From positions 11,230 through 75,229 of the forward strand of contig JBFGJG010000018.1 in the NCBI GenBank assembly GCA_041577295.1: a DNA stretch of 64,000 bases, written 5' to 3'. Below are positions 21,423 to 32,020 of this stretch, piece after piece. The notes below the pieces were generated by a model. That model worked only from the letters and a program-made list of their open reading frames with translations. It searched no databases and was not told where the DNA came from. The position numbers were made by a program, and so were the translations under genes. The DNA comes from Gemmatimonadales bacterium. Lineage in GTDB: Bacteria; Gemmatimonadota; Gemmatimonadetes; Gemmatimonadales; GWC2-71-9. Numbering within the stretch: the first letter of the stretch is position 1; every line of letters starts with the position of its first letter.

Positions 21423-22243
21423 CGCGTTCTGTCCTTTTTCTCGCGGCGAGCGTCGCCCTGAGCGGCTGTGCCCTCAAGGGCGACGTTCGCCGTGTTGAGG
21501 CCCAGGTTCAACAGCTGACCGCAGAATCGGCACGCGCCGATTCGACGCGCGTGGCGCAGCTCGAGCACGTCATTGCGTTGCTGGACTCGCTCGTGTTCGA
21601 GCAGCGGCGCATCGCCACGGCGTACGGTGACATGCGGAGTGACATGACCGAGGTGCAGCGCCAGCTGCTGCAGATTCAGGAGCTGGCGGGTCAAAGCCAG
21701 GCCAGGCTTTCCGAGTTGCGCTCGCAGATTCAAATGCGTCAGGATCCGCTCGCCCAGTCACCTGCAGATCCCTTGAGCCCCCCACCTGCGCAGCCTACTG
21801 GTCCGACACGGGGAGCCGCCCCTGCCCAGCAGCGGCCGCCGGCGCCGAGCGGGCCGACGCTGTCCGCCCAGGAGCTGTACGACCTTTCGCTTCAACAGCT
21901 GCGGCGGGGAAGCCCTGAGACGGCGCGTGCGGGCTTTCGCAAACTGCTGCAGGATTATCCCAACAATGCTCTGGCTGCCGACGCGCAGTTTCTCATTGGC
22001 GAGTCGTGGGATCAGACCAATGCCGACTCCGCCAAGGCCGAGTACGAGCTGGTGGTACGGCAGTACCCGGACTCCCGGCGCGCACCTGCGGCGCTCTACA
22101 AGCTCGGGCTGAATGCCGAACGGCGCGGGGATCTCGAGGGCGCGAGGCTGTACTACCTTCGTGTCGTGTCGGGGTATCCACGATCCGATGAAGCAGAGCT
22201 GGCCCGCGCCAAACTCAACAGCCCAGACGGCACCGAACCATAG
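21419..22243 (+). CDS. cpoB: Tol-Pal system protein CpoB/YbgF
   Basis: Lipobox LSGC, coiled coil and C-terminal TPR (YPDSRRAPAALYKLG); follows pal. Confidence 0.85.
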   Translation: MTRSVLFLAASVALSGCALKGDVRRVEAQVQQLTAESARADSTRVAQLEHVIALLDSLVFEQRRIATAYGDMRSDMTEVQRQLLQIQELAGQSQARLSELRSQIQMRQDPLAQSPADPLSPPPAQPTGPTRGAAPAQQRPPAPSGPTLSAQELYDLSLQQLRRGSPETARAGFRKLLQDYPNNALAADAQFLIGESWDQTNADSAKAEYELVVRQYPDSRRAPAALYKLGLNAERRGDLEGARLYYLRVVSGYPRSDEAELARAKLNSPDGTEP

Positions 22244-22311
22244 GGAGTAGGACGTGAGGATCGTGCGCTCCTCACTCCATACTCCTCACCGCTAGCGGTC
22301 GTCAGACCTCC

Positions 22312-25300
22312 ATGAATGCAGCCAAATCGAAGGGCGAGATGCCCTTCCTCGACCATCTGGAAGAGCTCCGGTGGCGCATTCTCTGGAGCCTGGCCGCGCT
22401 CCTGGTGGGGAGTATTGTGGGCTTCGTCCTCGTCCAGCAGTTCGACGTCCTCGGTCTGATCAAAGCACCGATCAATGCCTATCTTCCGGACGGAAAGCTG
22501 TTCATCACGCGGCCCACCGACGCGTTCATCCTGACGCTGAAGCTCGCCGTGATCATCGGGATAGTCCTCGCCGCCCCGGTACTGCTCGCACAGGCCTGGG
22601 CGTTTCTCGCACCCGCCCTGTACGAGCACGAACGCCGCTACATCGTGCCCGCGCTCATCGCCGGCACCGGTCTGTTCATCTCCGGCGTATTGATGGCCTA
22701 CCTGTGGGTCTTACCGGCGGCGCTCCGCTTCCTGCTGCGGTTTCAGCGTGCCGATCTCGAGTCGATCATCACGGCGAACGAGTATCTCGGGTTCGCTCTC
22801 CAATTCATGATCGCGTTTGGGCTGGTCTTTCAGCTCCCGATCTTCATCGTGATGCTGTCGACGTTGGGTTTGGTGCAACCAGAAACGTTTGCCCGTCAAC
22901 GACCCATCGCGCTCGTCATCGCCTCCGTGCTCGCGGCACTCATCACGCCGCCAGATGTAATCTCCATGGTGATGATGATGATTCCGCTCGTGGTGCTGTA
23001 CGAGGTTGGCATCCTGATCGCCAAGGTCGTGCGTCGGAGGAAGAAGAAGCCGCCGACAATTGGAGCGGTGTTGCTGTTCGGTGCGGTGCTCACGGCGGGA
23101 CCCACGCAATCGATGGCGCAGGAGCCCGGGCGCCCTGCACAGGACACGGTGCGCCAGGGGCAGCTGCCCAGCGATACACTGCCGCGCCCGCTCGATACCG
23201 CTGCTGCCCGCCGGCTCGGTCTTCCGTCGGCACCGAGTCGCAACTTTCCTGCGGCCGACTCGGTGTTGCAGGCGTTGGCCAGGCTCGAAGGCTATCTCGG
23301 AATCCGCTACGCAGCAGACAGCATCACCCTATTTGGTGCATCGCGGGAGGTTTTGCTGAGTGGTTCGGCACTCGTCGAGCGAGAGGCGTCGATTCTAGAG
23401 GCGGACACCGTCAGCTTTCTGCAGGCTGACTGCCGTCTCCTCGCACGGGGAGATCCCGCACTGTTCGACCAAGGCACGGTGCTCGTAGGAGCCGGCATGC
23501 GCTACGACACCTGCGAATACCGGGGCATCGTGGCTAGCGCGCTTACGAGCTTCGTCCAGTCGGGTGTGACGTGGTATCTACGGGGAGGAATTGGCGTCGA
23601 CTCGGCCTCGGTACGCGTCTATGGCGGATCGAGCGCGGTGACGAGTTGCGACCTGCCATCGCCGCACTACCATTTCGCCTCCGGCCGCATCAAGTGGGTC
23701 TCGAACACGATCATGGTAGCTCGGCCCGCCGTCTTGTACGTGCAAGACGTCCCGATCATGTGGCTGCCGTTCATCTTTCAGGACATGCGCCAAGGGCGCC
23801 GCAGTGGGTTTCTCATTCCACGGTTCGGGGTTGCGGATCTGATCAGGCCGAATCGCGGGTACGAGCGCGCGATCAGCAACATTGGTTTTTACTTTGCGCT
23901 GAGCGATTACACGGATGTTCAGGCATCGTTCGATTGGTTTTCGGGAAACTACAAAGCGGTCAACGGACAGTTTCGCTATCGCTGGTTGGATCGCTTTCTT
24001 GCGGGTGGCCTGTCGGTTTCCCGAATCTTCGAATCCGGCGAGGGTGATCTGCCCGGTGCGAAGTCGCTGCGACTCCAGTGGAACCATCAGCAGAGTTTCG
24101 ATGCGGCCACCCGGTTCACGACCAGCGTCGACTACGCAACCAGCGCCCGCGTCGTTCAGCGCAACACGGTCGATCCGTTGGTGCAGACGGCTAACCTCAA
24201 CAGCCGTGGCTCGTTCAACAAACAGTTCTCGTGGGGAACGTTGACTCTCGGTGGAAGCCGGTCCCAAGATCTCAGCAACGGTGGCGTGAGTCAGACGCTT
24301 CCACAGTTCAGCCTCACGCCGAGGGCGATCAACATCGGGGAAGCGCTGACCTGGTCGCCCTCGCTGTCGTTCACCAATACCCAGACGCTCGATCAGTCTC
24401 CGGGAATCCCGGTGCTCGCGCCGCCGCTCGGGGGGATGGCGCAAGCCGACACGCTGTTTCCAGATACACGCAACACGCAGCTTTCCTTCCGGACGCCGCT
24501 CCGTATTGGTCGGTGGAACTGGTCGAACGACCTTCGGTTCAACGACTTCCACACGACTCGCCCGGAAACGATTACGCTGCCCGATCCTGAGAATCCCGAT
24601 GACAGCATCACGCTGTTCTTCAACGAAGATTTCCGCACGGAGCTCGACTGGAATACCAGCATCAACCTTCCCACCGTGTTTCCCTCGACCTGGAAGGTGC
24701 AGCCGTCGTTCGGGATTCGAAACACCACCGGTGGGCCGTTTCTGCTACGCAACCGGTTCACCAATGGCGACTTCGTGAGCCAGGGGAAGCGGTTTACGTT
24801 CGGCGCGAGCGTCACACCCACTGTCTTCGGGTTCTTTCCCGGTTTTGGACCGATCCAGCGCATTCGACACGCGTTCTCACCAGTCATCAACTGGAGTTAC
24901 GCGCCGGCCGCCACGGTTCCGGAAGCGTTTCACCGCGCCATCGATCCCACGGGTCGCACACCGCGACGGAGCCCGGCCCTCCACACGGTGAGCGCCTCAC
25001 TCTTTCAGACGTTCGAAGCCAAGCTCAAGCCCCCGGCTGACGACACGACCGGACAAGCGGAGCCGCGCAAGCTCAAGCTGCTCACGATCCAAACGTCGGC
25101 TATCTCGTTCGACTTCATTCAGGCAAAGGAGCCGGGGCGTCGCGGCTGGACCACGCAAACCCTCACGAATCGCTTCACGAGCGATCTCCTTCCGGGGTTC
25201 ACCATCTCGGCGACGCACGATCTGTGGGATGGACCGGTACGCGACGATACCACCGACTTCGATCCGTTTCTCACAAACGTCTCCGCGCGCTTTAGCCTCA

Positions 25301-25821
25301 CAGGCCGCACGATCGCGGGCGTGCTTGGACTCATCACGGGCAGAGACCCCAAGCCAGACGAAGGGCCGGGGCAGCAGGGCATCCCGAGCCCTGAGGAGTT
25401 CATTCAACCGGCTGGCACCGGCCTCGGCCCCGCGCGGGGACTCGATCCGACGATTGACCGCCTCGGGTCCGGCCCACCGGGCCGCAGCGGGTTTCGCGCG
25501 TCTGTTTCCTATGACGAACGACGCACGCGACCACGCGACGATGGCGTCACGACGACCACCGGAGATACACGCACACTCGGGTTCAACATCAGCTTTCAAC
25601 CGACCCAGAACTGGTCGGTTTCGTGGAACACCCAGTACAACATCACCACGAAGGACTTTGGTCAGCACGTGCTGAGGCTCGACCGCGACCTCCACCGGTG
25701 GCGCGCGACGTTCTCGTTCGTCCAAGCACCAAACGGAAACGTCGCGTTCAACTTCTTCGTGTCGCTCCTGGATCAGCCGGAGATCAAGTTCCAGTACGAT
25801 CAGCGGTCGGTTTCACGCTGA
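22312..25821 (+). CDS. tatC: Fusion of twin-arginine translocase TatC (about aa 1-240) with an LptD-like LPS-assembly beta-barrel protein (about aa 270-1169)
   Basis: N-terminal EMPFLDHLEELRWRI, FLAPALYEHER, GLVFQLP, ITPPDVISM and LYEVGI are TatC motifs. Downstream TSCDLPSPHYHF, VLYVQDVPIMWLPF, RSGFLIPRFG, amphipathic beta strands and RDLHRWRATFSF are LptD-like. No stop between the two parts. Confidence 0.85.
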   Translation: MNAAKSKGEMPFLDHLEELRWRILWSLAALLVGSIVGFVLVQQFDVLGLIKAPINAYLPDGKLFITRPTDAFILTLKLAVIIGIVLAAPVLLAQAWAFLAPALYEHERRYIVPALIAGTGLFISGVLMAYLWVLPAALRFLLRFQRADLESIITANEYLGFALQFMIAFGLVFQLPIFIVMLSTLGLVQPETFARQRPIALVIASVLAALITPPDVISMVMMMIPLVVLYEVGILIAKVVRRRKKKPPTIGAVLLFGAVLTAGPTQSMAQEPGRPAQDTVRQGQLPSDTLPRPLDTAAARRLGLPSAPSRNFPAADSVLQALARLEGYLGIRYAADSITLFGASREVLLSGSALVEREASILEADTVSFLQADCRLLARGDPALFDQGTVLVGAGMRYDTCEYRGIVASALTSFVQSGVTWYLRGGIGVDSASVRVYGGSSAVTSCDLPSPHYHFASGRIKWVSNTIMVARPAVLYVQDVPIMWLPFIFQDMRQGRRSGFLIPRFGVADLIRPNRGYERAISNIGFYFALSDYTDVQASFDWFSGNYKAVNGQFRYRWLDRFLAGGLSVSRIFESGEGDLPGAKSLRLQWNHQQSFDAATRFTTSVDYATSARVVQRNTVDPLVQTANLNSRGSFNKQFSWGTLTLGGSRSQDLSNGGVSQTLPQFSLTPRAINIGEALTWSPSLSFTNTQTLDQSPGIPVLAPPLGGMAQADTLFPDTRNTQLSFRTPLRIGRWNWSNDLRFNDFHTTRPETITLPDPENPDDSITLFFNEDFRTELDWNTSINLPTVFPSTWKVQPSFGIRNTTGGPFLLRNRFTNGDFVSQGKRFTFGASVTPTVFGFFPGFGPIQRIRHAFSPVINWSYAPAATVPEAFHRAIDPTGRTPRRSPALHTVSASLFQTFEAKLKPPADDTTGQAEPRKLKLLTIQTSAISFDFIQAKEPGRRGWTTQTLTNRFTSDLLPGFTISATHDLWDGPVRDDTTDFDPFLTNVSARFSLTGRTIAGVLGLITGRDPKPDEGPGQQGIPSPEEFIQPAGTGLGPARGLDPTIDRLGSGPPGRSGFRASVSYDERRTRPRDDGVTTTTGDTRTLGFNISFQPTQNWSVSWNTQYNITTKDFGQHVLRLDRDLHRWRATFSFVQAPNGNVAFNFFVSLLDQPEIKFQYDQRSVSR

Positions 25822-26043
25822 GGGGTAGAGGGCCGCACCGGCGGATCCGCAGGATCGGGAGAAACGGCCGCGGCTGCATCTGGCCCGTCAGCCTCCTGTG
25901 CCGCTTCCGCCCCGGTTCTCCTCCCCACATCTCTCGCCTTTTCCACCGATCCCCTCCTCGTGTCCCCGAATGAGGACACAGGCCCGCTGCTATCACTTCA
26001 CGTAAGTGATTGCAATAAAATGTATTACGCGGTTTTTCACGAT

Positions 26044-26058
26044 TGGCACGACGCCTGC
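26044..26058 (+). promoter_or_regulatory. Sigma54 (-24/-12) promoter
   Basis: TGGCACGACGCCTGC: GG-N10-GC with a TGGCACG core, 36 nt before the ATG at 26095. An AT-rich IHF-like tract lies at 26001-26029. Confidence 0.7.
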
Positions 26059-26094
26059 CTTTCAGTGAAGTAGTCAGAGATCGCGGAGGCGGTT

Positions 26095-27249
26095 ATGCGA
26101 CGAGTTTTTGTGGGAGCCATGGTGGTGGTGGTGGGTGCGTGTACTGAAACGCTCGCCCCGCTGCTGGAACCGCCGACGAACCTCAGCTACGAGTTGGAGC
26201 CGAGCGGCGATCCGCAGGTGCCATCCGGCATCCTGTTGCGCTGGGATCCCGTAGTGAGTGATCTCTTGCAGGTATACAGTATCTACTCCCGTGTGGACGA
26301 TCGTGACGACTTCGATCTTCGCGCGTCGACGACCTCCAGCACGTTCCACGACCGTGGGGTTCCGGATCTCGAGTATTACGTTGTCGCCGTCGATGTCGAC
26401 GGGGCAGAGAGCCGTCCCAGTAACACGGTGCGCGTCGACGAGCGACTCCGGTTGGAATCACCGTCCAGCCTGACCAGTACTAGTCTCAACGGAGCGATCC
26501 ACCTGGCGTGGTCGGACAACCCGTTCCGGTCCGCGCCAGATGGGTTCCGGCAATACCGCGTCTACAGCACGTCGTTTTCACTCGACGACGGGTTGTGTGG
26601 CGCGACCTGGTTTCTCGAGGGGACGACCGTGGCGCCCGAGTTTCTCGCGGGTGCCCTGGTCAATGGTGCACCACGGTGCTTCGGCGTTTCGGCCGAGAGC
26701 ATCGAAGGCTGGGAGAGCCTGTGGTCACCGCTACGGGCAGATACCCCGCGGCCCGACGCGCGGAACGTCCTTATGTACGCGTTCCAGGCAGACGAGACTC
26801 GGAGCGGATTCCGTTTCTTTCAGGATGCCAATGGCGATGGCCAGGTTGGTGCTCTGGAGTTGGGCATCGTGGCGGACGGGAACCGAACCGATATCGACTT
26901 CTGGGTAGATCGCGACGGCAACGGAGATTTCTTCTTCGTACCAGAGCGGCCCGGGACCGAGATCGCGCTGTACAGCAGCCAGCCGATCGATGACTTGACC
27001 TCGATTGACATCGCGCCGGAAACCGGGTTCAGTCGCCAGGCGATTCAAGCGGTTCCCGGATTTGGGTACGTATTCCAAATGGACGGTGGCGATGGTTTCG
27101 CCCGCTTCGGTGCCATCCGGGTGACGCATGTCGGACAGGACTTCATGATCTTCGATTGGAGCTACCAGACCGATCCGGGGAATCCCGAACTCTCGGTTGG
27201 TGGCGGTCTCAAGCTCTTCGAAGGTGGCATCACCGTGGTGAAGCAATGA
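26095..27249 (+). CDS. Putative lipoprotein with fibronectin type III-like repeats
   Basis: Lipobox VVGAC, FnIII-like segments (PPTNL...LRWDP...YSIY...YYVVAVDVDGAESRPS) and DxDxDG-like loops. GGAGG Shine-Dalgarno. Confidence 0.7.
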   Translation: MRRVFVGAMVVVVGACTETLAPLLEPPTNLSYELEPSGDPQVPSGILLRWDPVVSDLLQVYSIYSRVDDRDDFDLRASTTSSTFHDRGVPDLEYYVVAVDVDGAESRPSNTVRVDERLRLESPSSLTSTSLNGAIHLAWSDNPFRSAPDGFRQYRVYSTSFSLDDGLCGATWFLEGTTVAPEFLAGALVNGAPRCFGVSAESIEGWESLWSPLRADTPRPDARNVLMYAFQADETRSGFRFFQDANGDGQVGALELGIVADGNRTDIDFWVDRDGNGDFFFVPERPGTEIALYSSQPIDDLTSIDIAPETGFSRQAIQAVPGFGYVFQMDGGDGFARFGAIRVTHVGQDFMIFDWSYQTDPGNPELSVGGGLKLFEGGITVVKQ

Positions 27250-27421
27250 GCAGCGAGCAGTTCGCCGTGAGCTGGTAGGCAGTGGGGTCTTCCGACCGTC
27301 CGTCATAGCTCTCCGTCAACACCCTGTGTCGGAGGCCCCACGGCCCACTCCTTCCACTTCCTCGCTGAGGAGTGAGCAGTTGGCAGAACCAGTTGGGCGG
27401 GCTTTGCTCCCGTCTCCAAGA

Positions 27422-27503
27422 AGGAGTGAGGCATAAGGAGTGAGGAGGGAATAGTTGTTTCCCACTCACCACGCACCACTCACCGTTCCGCACGCACCAC
27501 GTA
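27422..27503. repeat. Heptamer-periodic purine-rich/pyrimidine-rich inverted intergenic repeat
   Basis: AGGAGTG AGGCATA AGGAGTG AGGAGGG followed by CCACTCA CCACGCA CCACTCA CCGTTCC GCACGCA CCACGTA. Confidence 0.65.
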
Positions 27504-27515
27504 TATTCTCCCACC

Positions 27516-29036
27516 ATGCAAGGCGTCGTGCTCACCGGAGATGCGCTCACCATCGACGATCTCGTTGCGGTCGCACGTGGTGGAGCACCGGTGCAGATTG
27601 CGTCCGATGCCGCCGCACGGGCGGACCGCTCGCGCGCCGCTGTTCAGCGGATGGTCGATCGAGGTGACGTGATCTACGGGGTCAATACGGGGTTCGGCCG
27701 GCTCGCAAGCGAGCGGATCCCCGCCGACAAGATCCGCGAGCTTCAGCGCAACCTCATTCGTAGCCACGCCTCAGGTGTCGGCGATCCGCTTCCCATCGAT
27801 GTCGTTCGGGCGATGATGTTGCTCCGCGCCAATGTGCTGCTGCGCCCGACCAGCGGCGTGCGCTCACTATTGGCAGCTCGCCTGGCGGACCTGCTCAACG
27901 CGGGGGTGCATCCCATCGTCCCGGAGCAGGGCAGTGTGGGCGCCAGTGGAGATCTTGCACCGCTTTCGCACATGGCGCTCGCGCTCATGGGAGAGGGCGA
28001 GGTCGATGTCGCAGCACCCGCTGCGTTGCAGGTGGCACCGCGACGGTCACCGGCGGTTGCAGCCCTCACGGAGGCTGGAATTGAGCCGGTGAAGCTGGAG
28101 GCGAAAGAGGGCCTCGCCTTCATCAATGGTACCCAGGCGCAGTCAGCAATCCTGGCGCTGCTCGTGCATGACGGGCGGGACCTGTGGCGCACGGCACACG
28201 GCGCGGCCGCGATGAGCATCGAAGCGCTGCTCGGCACACCGGTTCCCTTCGAACAACGCATTCACGATGTGCGCCCACATCGGGGCCAACACCGCTCTGC
28301 GCAACTCCTGCGAGAGTTGATCGAGGGGAGCGAGATCCGAGAGTCACACCGTGAAGCCGACCCGCGCGTGCAGGACGCCTATAGCCTCCGTTGCGCGCCA
28401 CAGATTCTCGGTTCGGTAGGCGACGCGATCGAGTTTGCGGCAGGTACGGTCGCGGTGGAGTTGAACGCGGCGACTGACAATCCGCTAGTGTTCGGCGAGG
28501 AGGTGGTTTCTGGCGGAAACTTCCACGGTCAACCCGTCGCCTTGGCGCTGGATGTCTTGGCGATCGCACTGACCACGCTCGCCGGCGTGGCGGAGCGCCG
28601 GATCGAGCGTTTGGTCAACCCAGATCTATCCCAGGGGCTTCCACCGTTTCTGACCAATGGGGCGGGACTGCAGTCCGGCATGATGATGGTGCAAATCACG
28701 GCAGCGGCACTCGTCGCGGAGTGCCGCGCGCTATGTACGCCGGCCAGCGTACAGTCCATTCCCACGGATGCAAACCAGGAAGACTTCGTGCCCATGGGCA
28801 TGGCGGCCGCGTTCAAGACGCGCCGTATCCTGGCAAACGCCCGGCGGGTGGTGGCCGCCGAGTTGCTTGCGGCGTGTCAGGCGCTCGAGTACCGCAAGCC
28901 GCTTCGTCCGGGTCGCACCGTGCTTGATGTGTACTGCCGCGTCCGCGAGATCGTGCCGCCGCTGGTGGATGATCGACCACTCACCGCCGATCTCGAAGCG
29001 ATCGCAGCGCTGGTTGCCCGAGAGGCGTTGGTATGA
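27516..29036 (+). CDS. hutH: Histidine ammonia-lyase
   Basis: [11 protein letters not shown]-forming [38 protein letters not shown]; adjacent to hutU. Confidence 0.95.
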   Translation: MQGVVLTGDALTIDDLVAVARGGAPVQIASDAAARADRSRAAVQRMVDRGDVIYGVNTGFGRLASERIPADKIRELQRNLIRSHASGVGDPLPIDVVRAMMLLRANVLLRPTSGVRSLLAARLADLLNAGVHPIVPEQGSVGASGDLAPLSHMALALMGEGEVDVAAPAALQVAPRRSPAVAALTEAGIEPVKLEAKEGLAFINGTQAQSAILALLVHDGRDLWRTAHGAAAMSIEALLGTPVPFEQRIHDVRPHRGQHRSAQLLRELIEGSEIRESHREADPRVQDAYSLRCAPQILGSVGDAIEFAAGTVAVELNAATDNPLVFGEEVVSGGNFHGQPVALALDVLAIALTTLAGVAERRIERLVNPDLSQGLPPFLTNGAGLQSGMMMVQITAAALVAECRALCTPASVQSIPTDANQEDFVPMGMAAAFKTRRILANARRVVAAELLAACQALEYRKPLRPGRTVLDVYCRVREIVPPLVDDRPLTADLEAIAALVAREALV

Positions 29037-30706
29037 CGGATACGCTCGCTGGACGCACGGTTCGAGCGCCACGCGGCGCTGCTCGTTCCTGTCGCGGATG
29101 GATACAGGAAGCGGCGCTGCGCATGCTGATGAACAATCTCGATCCCCAGGTCGCCGAGCGACCCCAGGATCTCGTGGTCTACGGCGGCACCGGAAGGGCT
29201 GCGCGTAGCTGGGCCGCGTTCGACGCGATTTGTGCGACGCTCCGCTCGCTGGACAACGACGAGACACTCTTGGTGCAGTCGGGCAAACCCGTGGGCGTGT
29301 TCACCACACATGAGGACGCGCCGCGCGTGCTGATCGCCAACTCCAACTTGGTGGGCCGCTGGGCAACGTGGGACCAGTTTCGTCGGCTCGAACGCGCTGG
29401 GCTCACGATGTACGGTCAGATGACGGCCGGCAGCTGGATCTACATCGGGACACAAGGAATTCTGCAGGGCACCTACGAGACGTTTGGCGCCGTTGGCACG
29501 ACGCACTTTGGCGGCTCACTGCGGGGACGGCTGGTCGTGACCGGTGGGCTCGGCGGAATGGGCGGCGCGCAGCCACTGGCGGCCACGATGAACGGCGCCG
29601 CCATGCTGGCCGTCGAGGTGGATCCCGAGCGCATCCGCCGCCGCTTGGAGACGCGGTATCTCGATGCGATGACCGAGTCCCTCGACAACGCATGGCAGCA
29701 AGTCTCGGTGGCACGCGAACGCGGGGAGGCGTTCTCTGTCGGCTTGGTAGGCAACTGTGCTGACGTGCTCCCCGAGCTCGTGCGGCGAGGATGGGTACCC
29801 GATGTGCTGACAGATCAGACCTCAGCGCACGACACGCTCGGAGGATACGTGCCCGCGGGGATGCCGCTCGAGACAGCGCTCCGGTTGCGAGAATCCAATC
29901 CGGAGGAGTACGTGCGACGGGCCACGGCGTCGATCGCGACCCACGTGCAGGCCATGCTGGACTTGCGGGCGCGCGGCGCGGTGACGTTCGACTATGGCAA
30001 CAACATCCGGACGGAGGCGTTGGACGCGGGTGTGGAAAACGCCTTTGACATTCCTGGCTTTGTGCCTGCGTACGTCCGTCCGCTGTTCTGTCAGGGTCGC
30101 GGGCCGTTTCGCTGGGTAGCGCTGTCCGGTGATGCCGACGATCTCCACCGGACGGACGAACTCGTACTGGAGCTTTTCCCGGAGAACGAACACCTGACGC
30201 GATGGATCCGGCTCGCGCGCCAGCGGGTCGCCTTTCAGGGGCTCCCGGCGCGCATCTGCTGGCTGGGTCAGGGCGAGCGCGCCCGTTTTGGGTGCGCCAT
30301 GAACGAGCTCGTCGCCAGTGGCGAGCTCTCGGCACCGATCGTGATCGGCCGCGATCACCTCGACACCGGGTCGGTGGCCTCGCCGTTCCGCGAAACCGAG
30401 GGGATGCGCGATGGGTCCGATGCAATCGCCGATTGGCCCATCCTCAACGCGCTGCTCAACACCGCATCCGGTGCGTCATGGGTGTCGTTCCATCACGGTG
30501 GTGGCGTGGGAATCGGCAACAGCCTCCACGCGGGACAGGTGATCGTGGCCGATGGAACCCCCACGGGCGCACGCCGGGTGGAACGTGTGCTCACCAACGA
30601 TCCCGGCATCGGTGTGGTGCGTCACGCCGATGCAGGTTATCCGGAGGCCATCGACACGGCACGCGCCCACGGCCTGCGGCTCCCGATGATGGGAGGAACC
30701 GACTGA
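29033..30706 (+). CDS. hutU: Urocanate hydratase
   Basis: [43 protein letters not shown]. Confidence 0.97.
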   Translation: MTDTLAGRTVRAPRGAARSCRGWIQEAALRMLMNNLDPQVAERPQDLVVYGGTGRAARSWAAFDAICATLRSLDNDETLLVQSGKPVGVFTTHEDAPRVLIANSNLVGRWATWDQFRRLERAGLTMYGQMTAGSWIYIGTQGILQGTYETFGAVGTTHFGGSLRGRLVVTGGLGGMGGAQPLAATMNGAAMLAVEVDPERIRRRLETRYLDAMTESLDNAWQQVSVARERGEAFSVGLVGNCADVLPELVRRGWVPDVLTDQTSAHDTLGGYVPAGMPLETALRLRESNPEEYVRRATASIATHVQAMLDLRARGAVTFDYGNNIRTEALDAGVENAFDIPGFVPAYVRPLFCQGRGPFRWVALSGDADDLHRTDELVLELFPENEHLTRWIRLARQRVAFQGLPARICWLGQGERARFGCAMNELVASGELSAPIVIGRDHLDTGSVASPFRETEGMRDGSDAIADWPILNALLNTASGASWVSFHHGGGVGIGNSLHAGQVIVADGTPTGARRVERVLTNDPGIGVVRHADAGYPEAIDTARAHGLRLPMMGGTD

Positions 30707-31980
30707 CCACCCTGCTCGTGGGTGCGACGCAAGTGGTCACATGTCGGGGTCCCGCGCGGGCACGCCGCGGGGCGGAGATGCGTGAGCTGGAGGTCCTCCA
30801 GGACGCTGCGGTACTCATCGGGGACGATCGACGCGTTGCCGCCGTCGGGCCGTACCGCGATGTACGCGAAGACGCCGGGGATGGGGTCGTGGTCCAGGAG
30901 ATCGAAGGTGTGCTTTTCCCCGGGTTCGTGGACGCTCATACGCACGGTGTCTTTGGGGCGATTCGCACAGCGGACCACGAGCGTCGCGCCCGGGGCGAGA
31001 CGTACCAGGCAATCGCTGCGGCGGGCGGTGGGATTCTCTCGACGGTCCGCGATGTCCGTCGGCGCACTGCTGAGGAGTTGGCCGACCTCACGCGTCGTCG
31101 GCTTCGCCATCTGCTCGCGCTCGGATCCACCACGGTGGAAATCAAATCCGGGTACGGCCTGTCCACATCGGCTGAACTCAAGCAACTCCAAGTCATTGCC
31201 GATCTCTCAACGCATTCAGCGGAAGTCCCGGCGCTGGTCCCGACGTTCTTGGGCGCGCACGAATTCCCTGAAGACTTTCGCGATCGGCGCGACGAGTTCG
31301 TCCGCCTCGTGGTTGAGGAGATGTTGCCAGCGGTCGCGCGGCAAGGAGTCGCACGGTTTTGCGATGTGTTCTGCGAGCCCGGTGTCTACACACCGGGGCA
31401 ATCCCGGCGCGTGCTAGAGGCGGGCCAACGTCACGGGCTGCGGCCCAAGATCCACGCAGACGAGTTGGAAGGATCGGGTGGCGCGGAGCTCGCCGTGGAC
31501 GTTGGAGCCGTGAGCGCCGATCACCTGGCCGCGGTTTCGGAGCGAGGGATCGCCGCCCTGGCGCGGAGCGAGACCGTGGCCGTCCTGCTGCCGGGAACGA
31601 TGCTGTTTCTCGGGAAGCGTCAACAAGCCCCGGCCCGTCGGTTGGTGGACGCGGGCGCCGCCGTGGGGCTCGCAACCGACTTCAACCCGGGGAGCTCCCC
31701 CGGCATGAGCCTTCCGTTCATGGCGACGCTCGGGGTATCCCAACTCGGGCTCCTGCCCGCGGAAGCGATCGTGGCGATCACCGTGAATGGAGCGGCCGCG
31801 GTGGGCTTGGCCGCGGATCGGGGTCAGATCGCCACGGGGTTCCGCGCGGATCTGACCCTGATCACGGCGAAAGATTGGCGGGAACTCCCATATTGGTACG
31901 GCACCAATCTCGTCACCCAGGTGTGGGTCAACGGCTTGGCTTGTCACCCCGGGAGGGGTTCTCTACCTTACTTAGTTTGA
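30703..31980 (+). CDS. hutI: Imidazolonepropionase
   Basis: [45 protein letters not shown]. Start inferred at CTG 30703 (CTGA overlap, GGGAGG upstream); GTG 30718 is the alternative. Confidence 0.93.
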   Translation: MTTLLVGATQVVTCRGPARARRGAEMRELEVLQDAAVLIGDDRRVAAVGPYRDVREDAGDGVVVQEIEGVLFPGFVDAHTHGVFGAIRTADHERRARGETYQAIAAAGGGILSTVRDVRRRTAEELADLTRRRLRHLLALGSTTVEIKSGYGLSTSAELKQLQVIADLSTHSAEVPALVPTFLGAHEFPEDFRDRRDEFVRLVVEEMLPAVARQGVARFCDVFCEPGVYTPGQSRRVLEAGQRHGLRPKIHADELEGSGGAELAVDVGAVSADHLAAVSERGIAALARSETVAVLLPGTMLFLGKRQQAPARRLVDAGAAVGLATDFNPGSSPGMSLPFMATLGVSQLGLLPAEAIVAITVNGAAAVGLAADRGQIATGFRADLTLITAKDWRELPYWYGTNLVTQVWVNGLACHPGRGSLPYLV

Positions 31981-32020
31981 AAGCGTTACCGCACATGCCT
32001 CCAACGCGACGAGGTCCGGT

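Noticed and set aside
23032..23049. Twin-arginine export signal for the LptD part
   Set aside because: RRRKKK lacks the S/T-R-R-x-F-L-K consensus and looks like a Sec-type n-region or the basic TatC tail.
27250..27515. Possible CRISPR array in repeat-rich intergenic gaps
   Set aside because: Units are degenerate 7-mers with no constant 25-40-nt repeat or unique spacers, and there are no cas genes.
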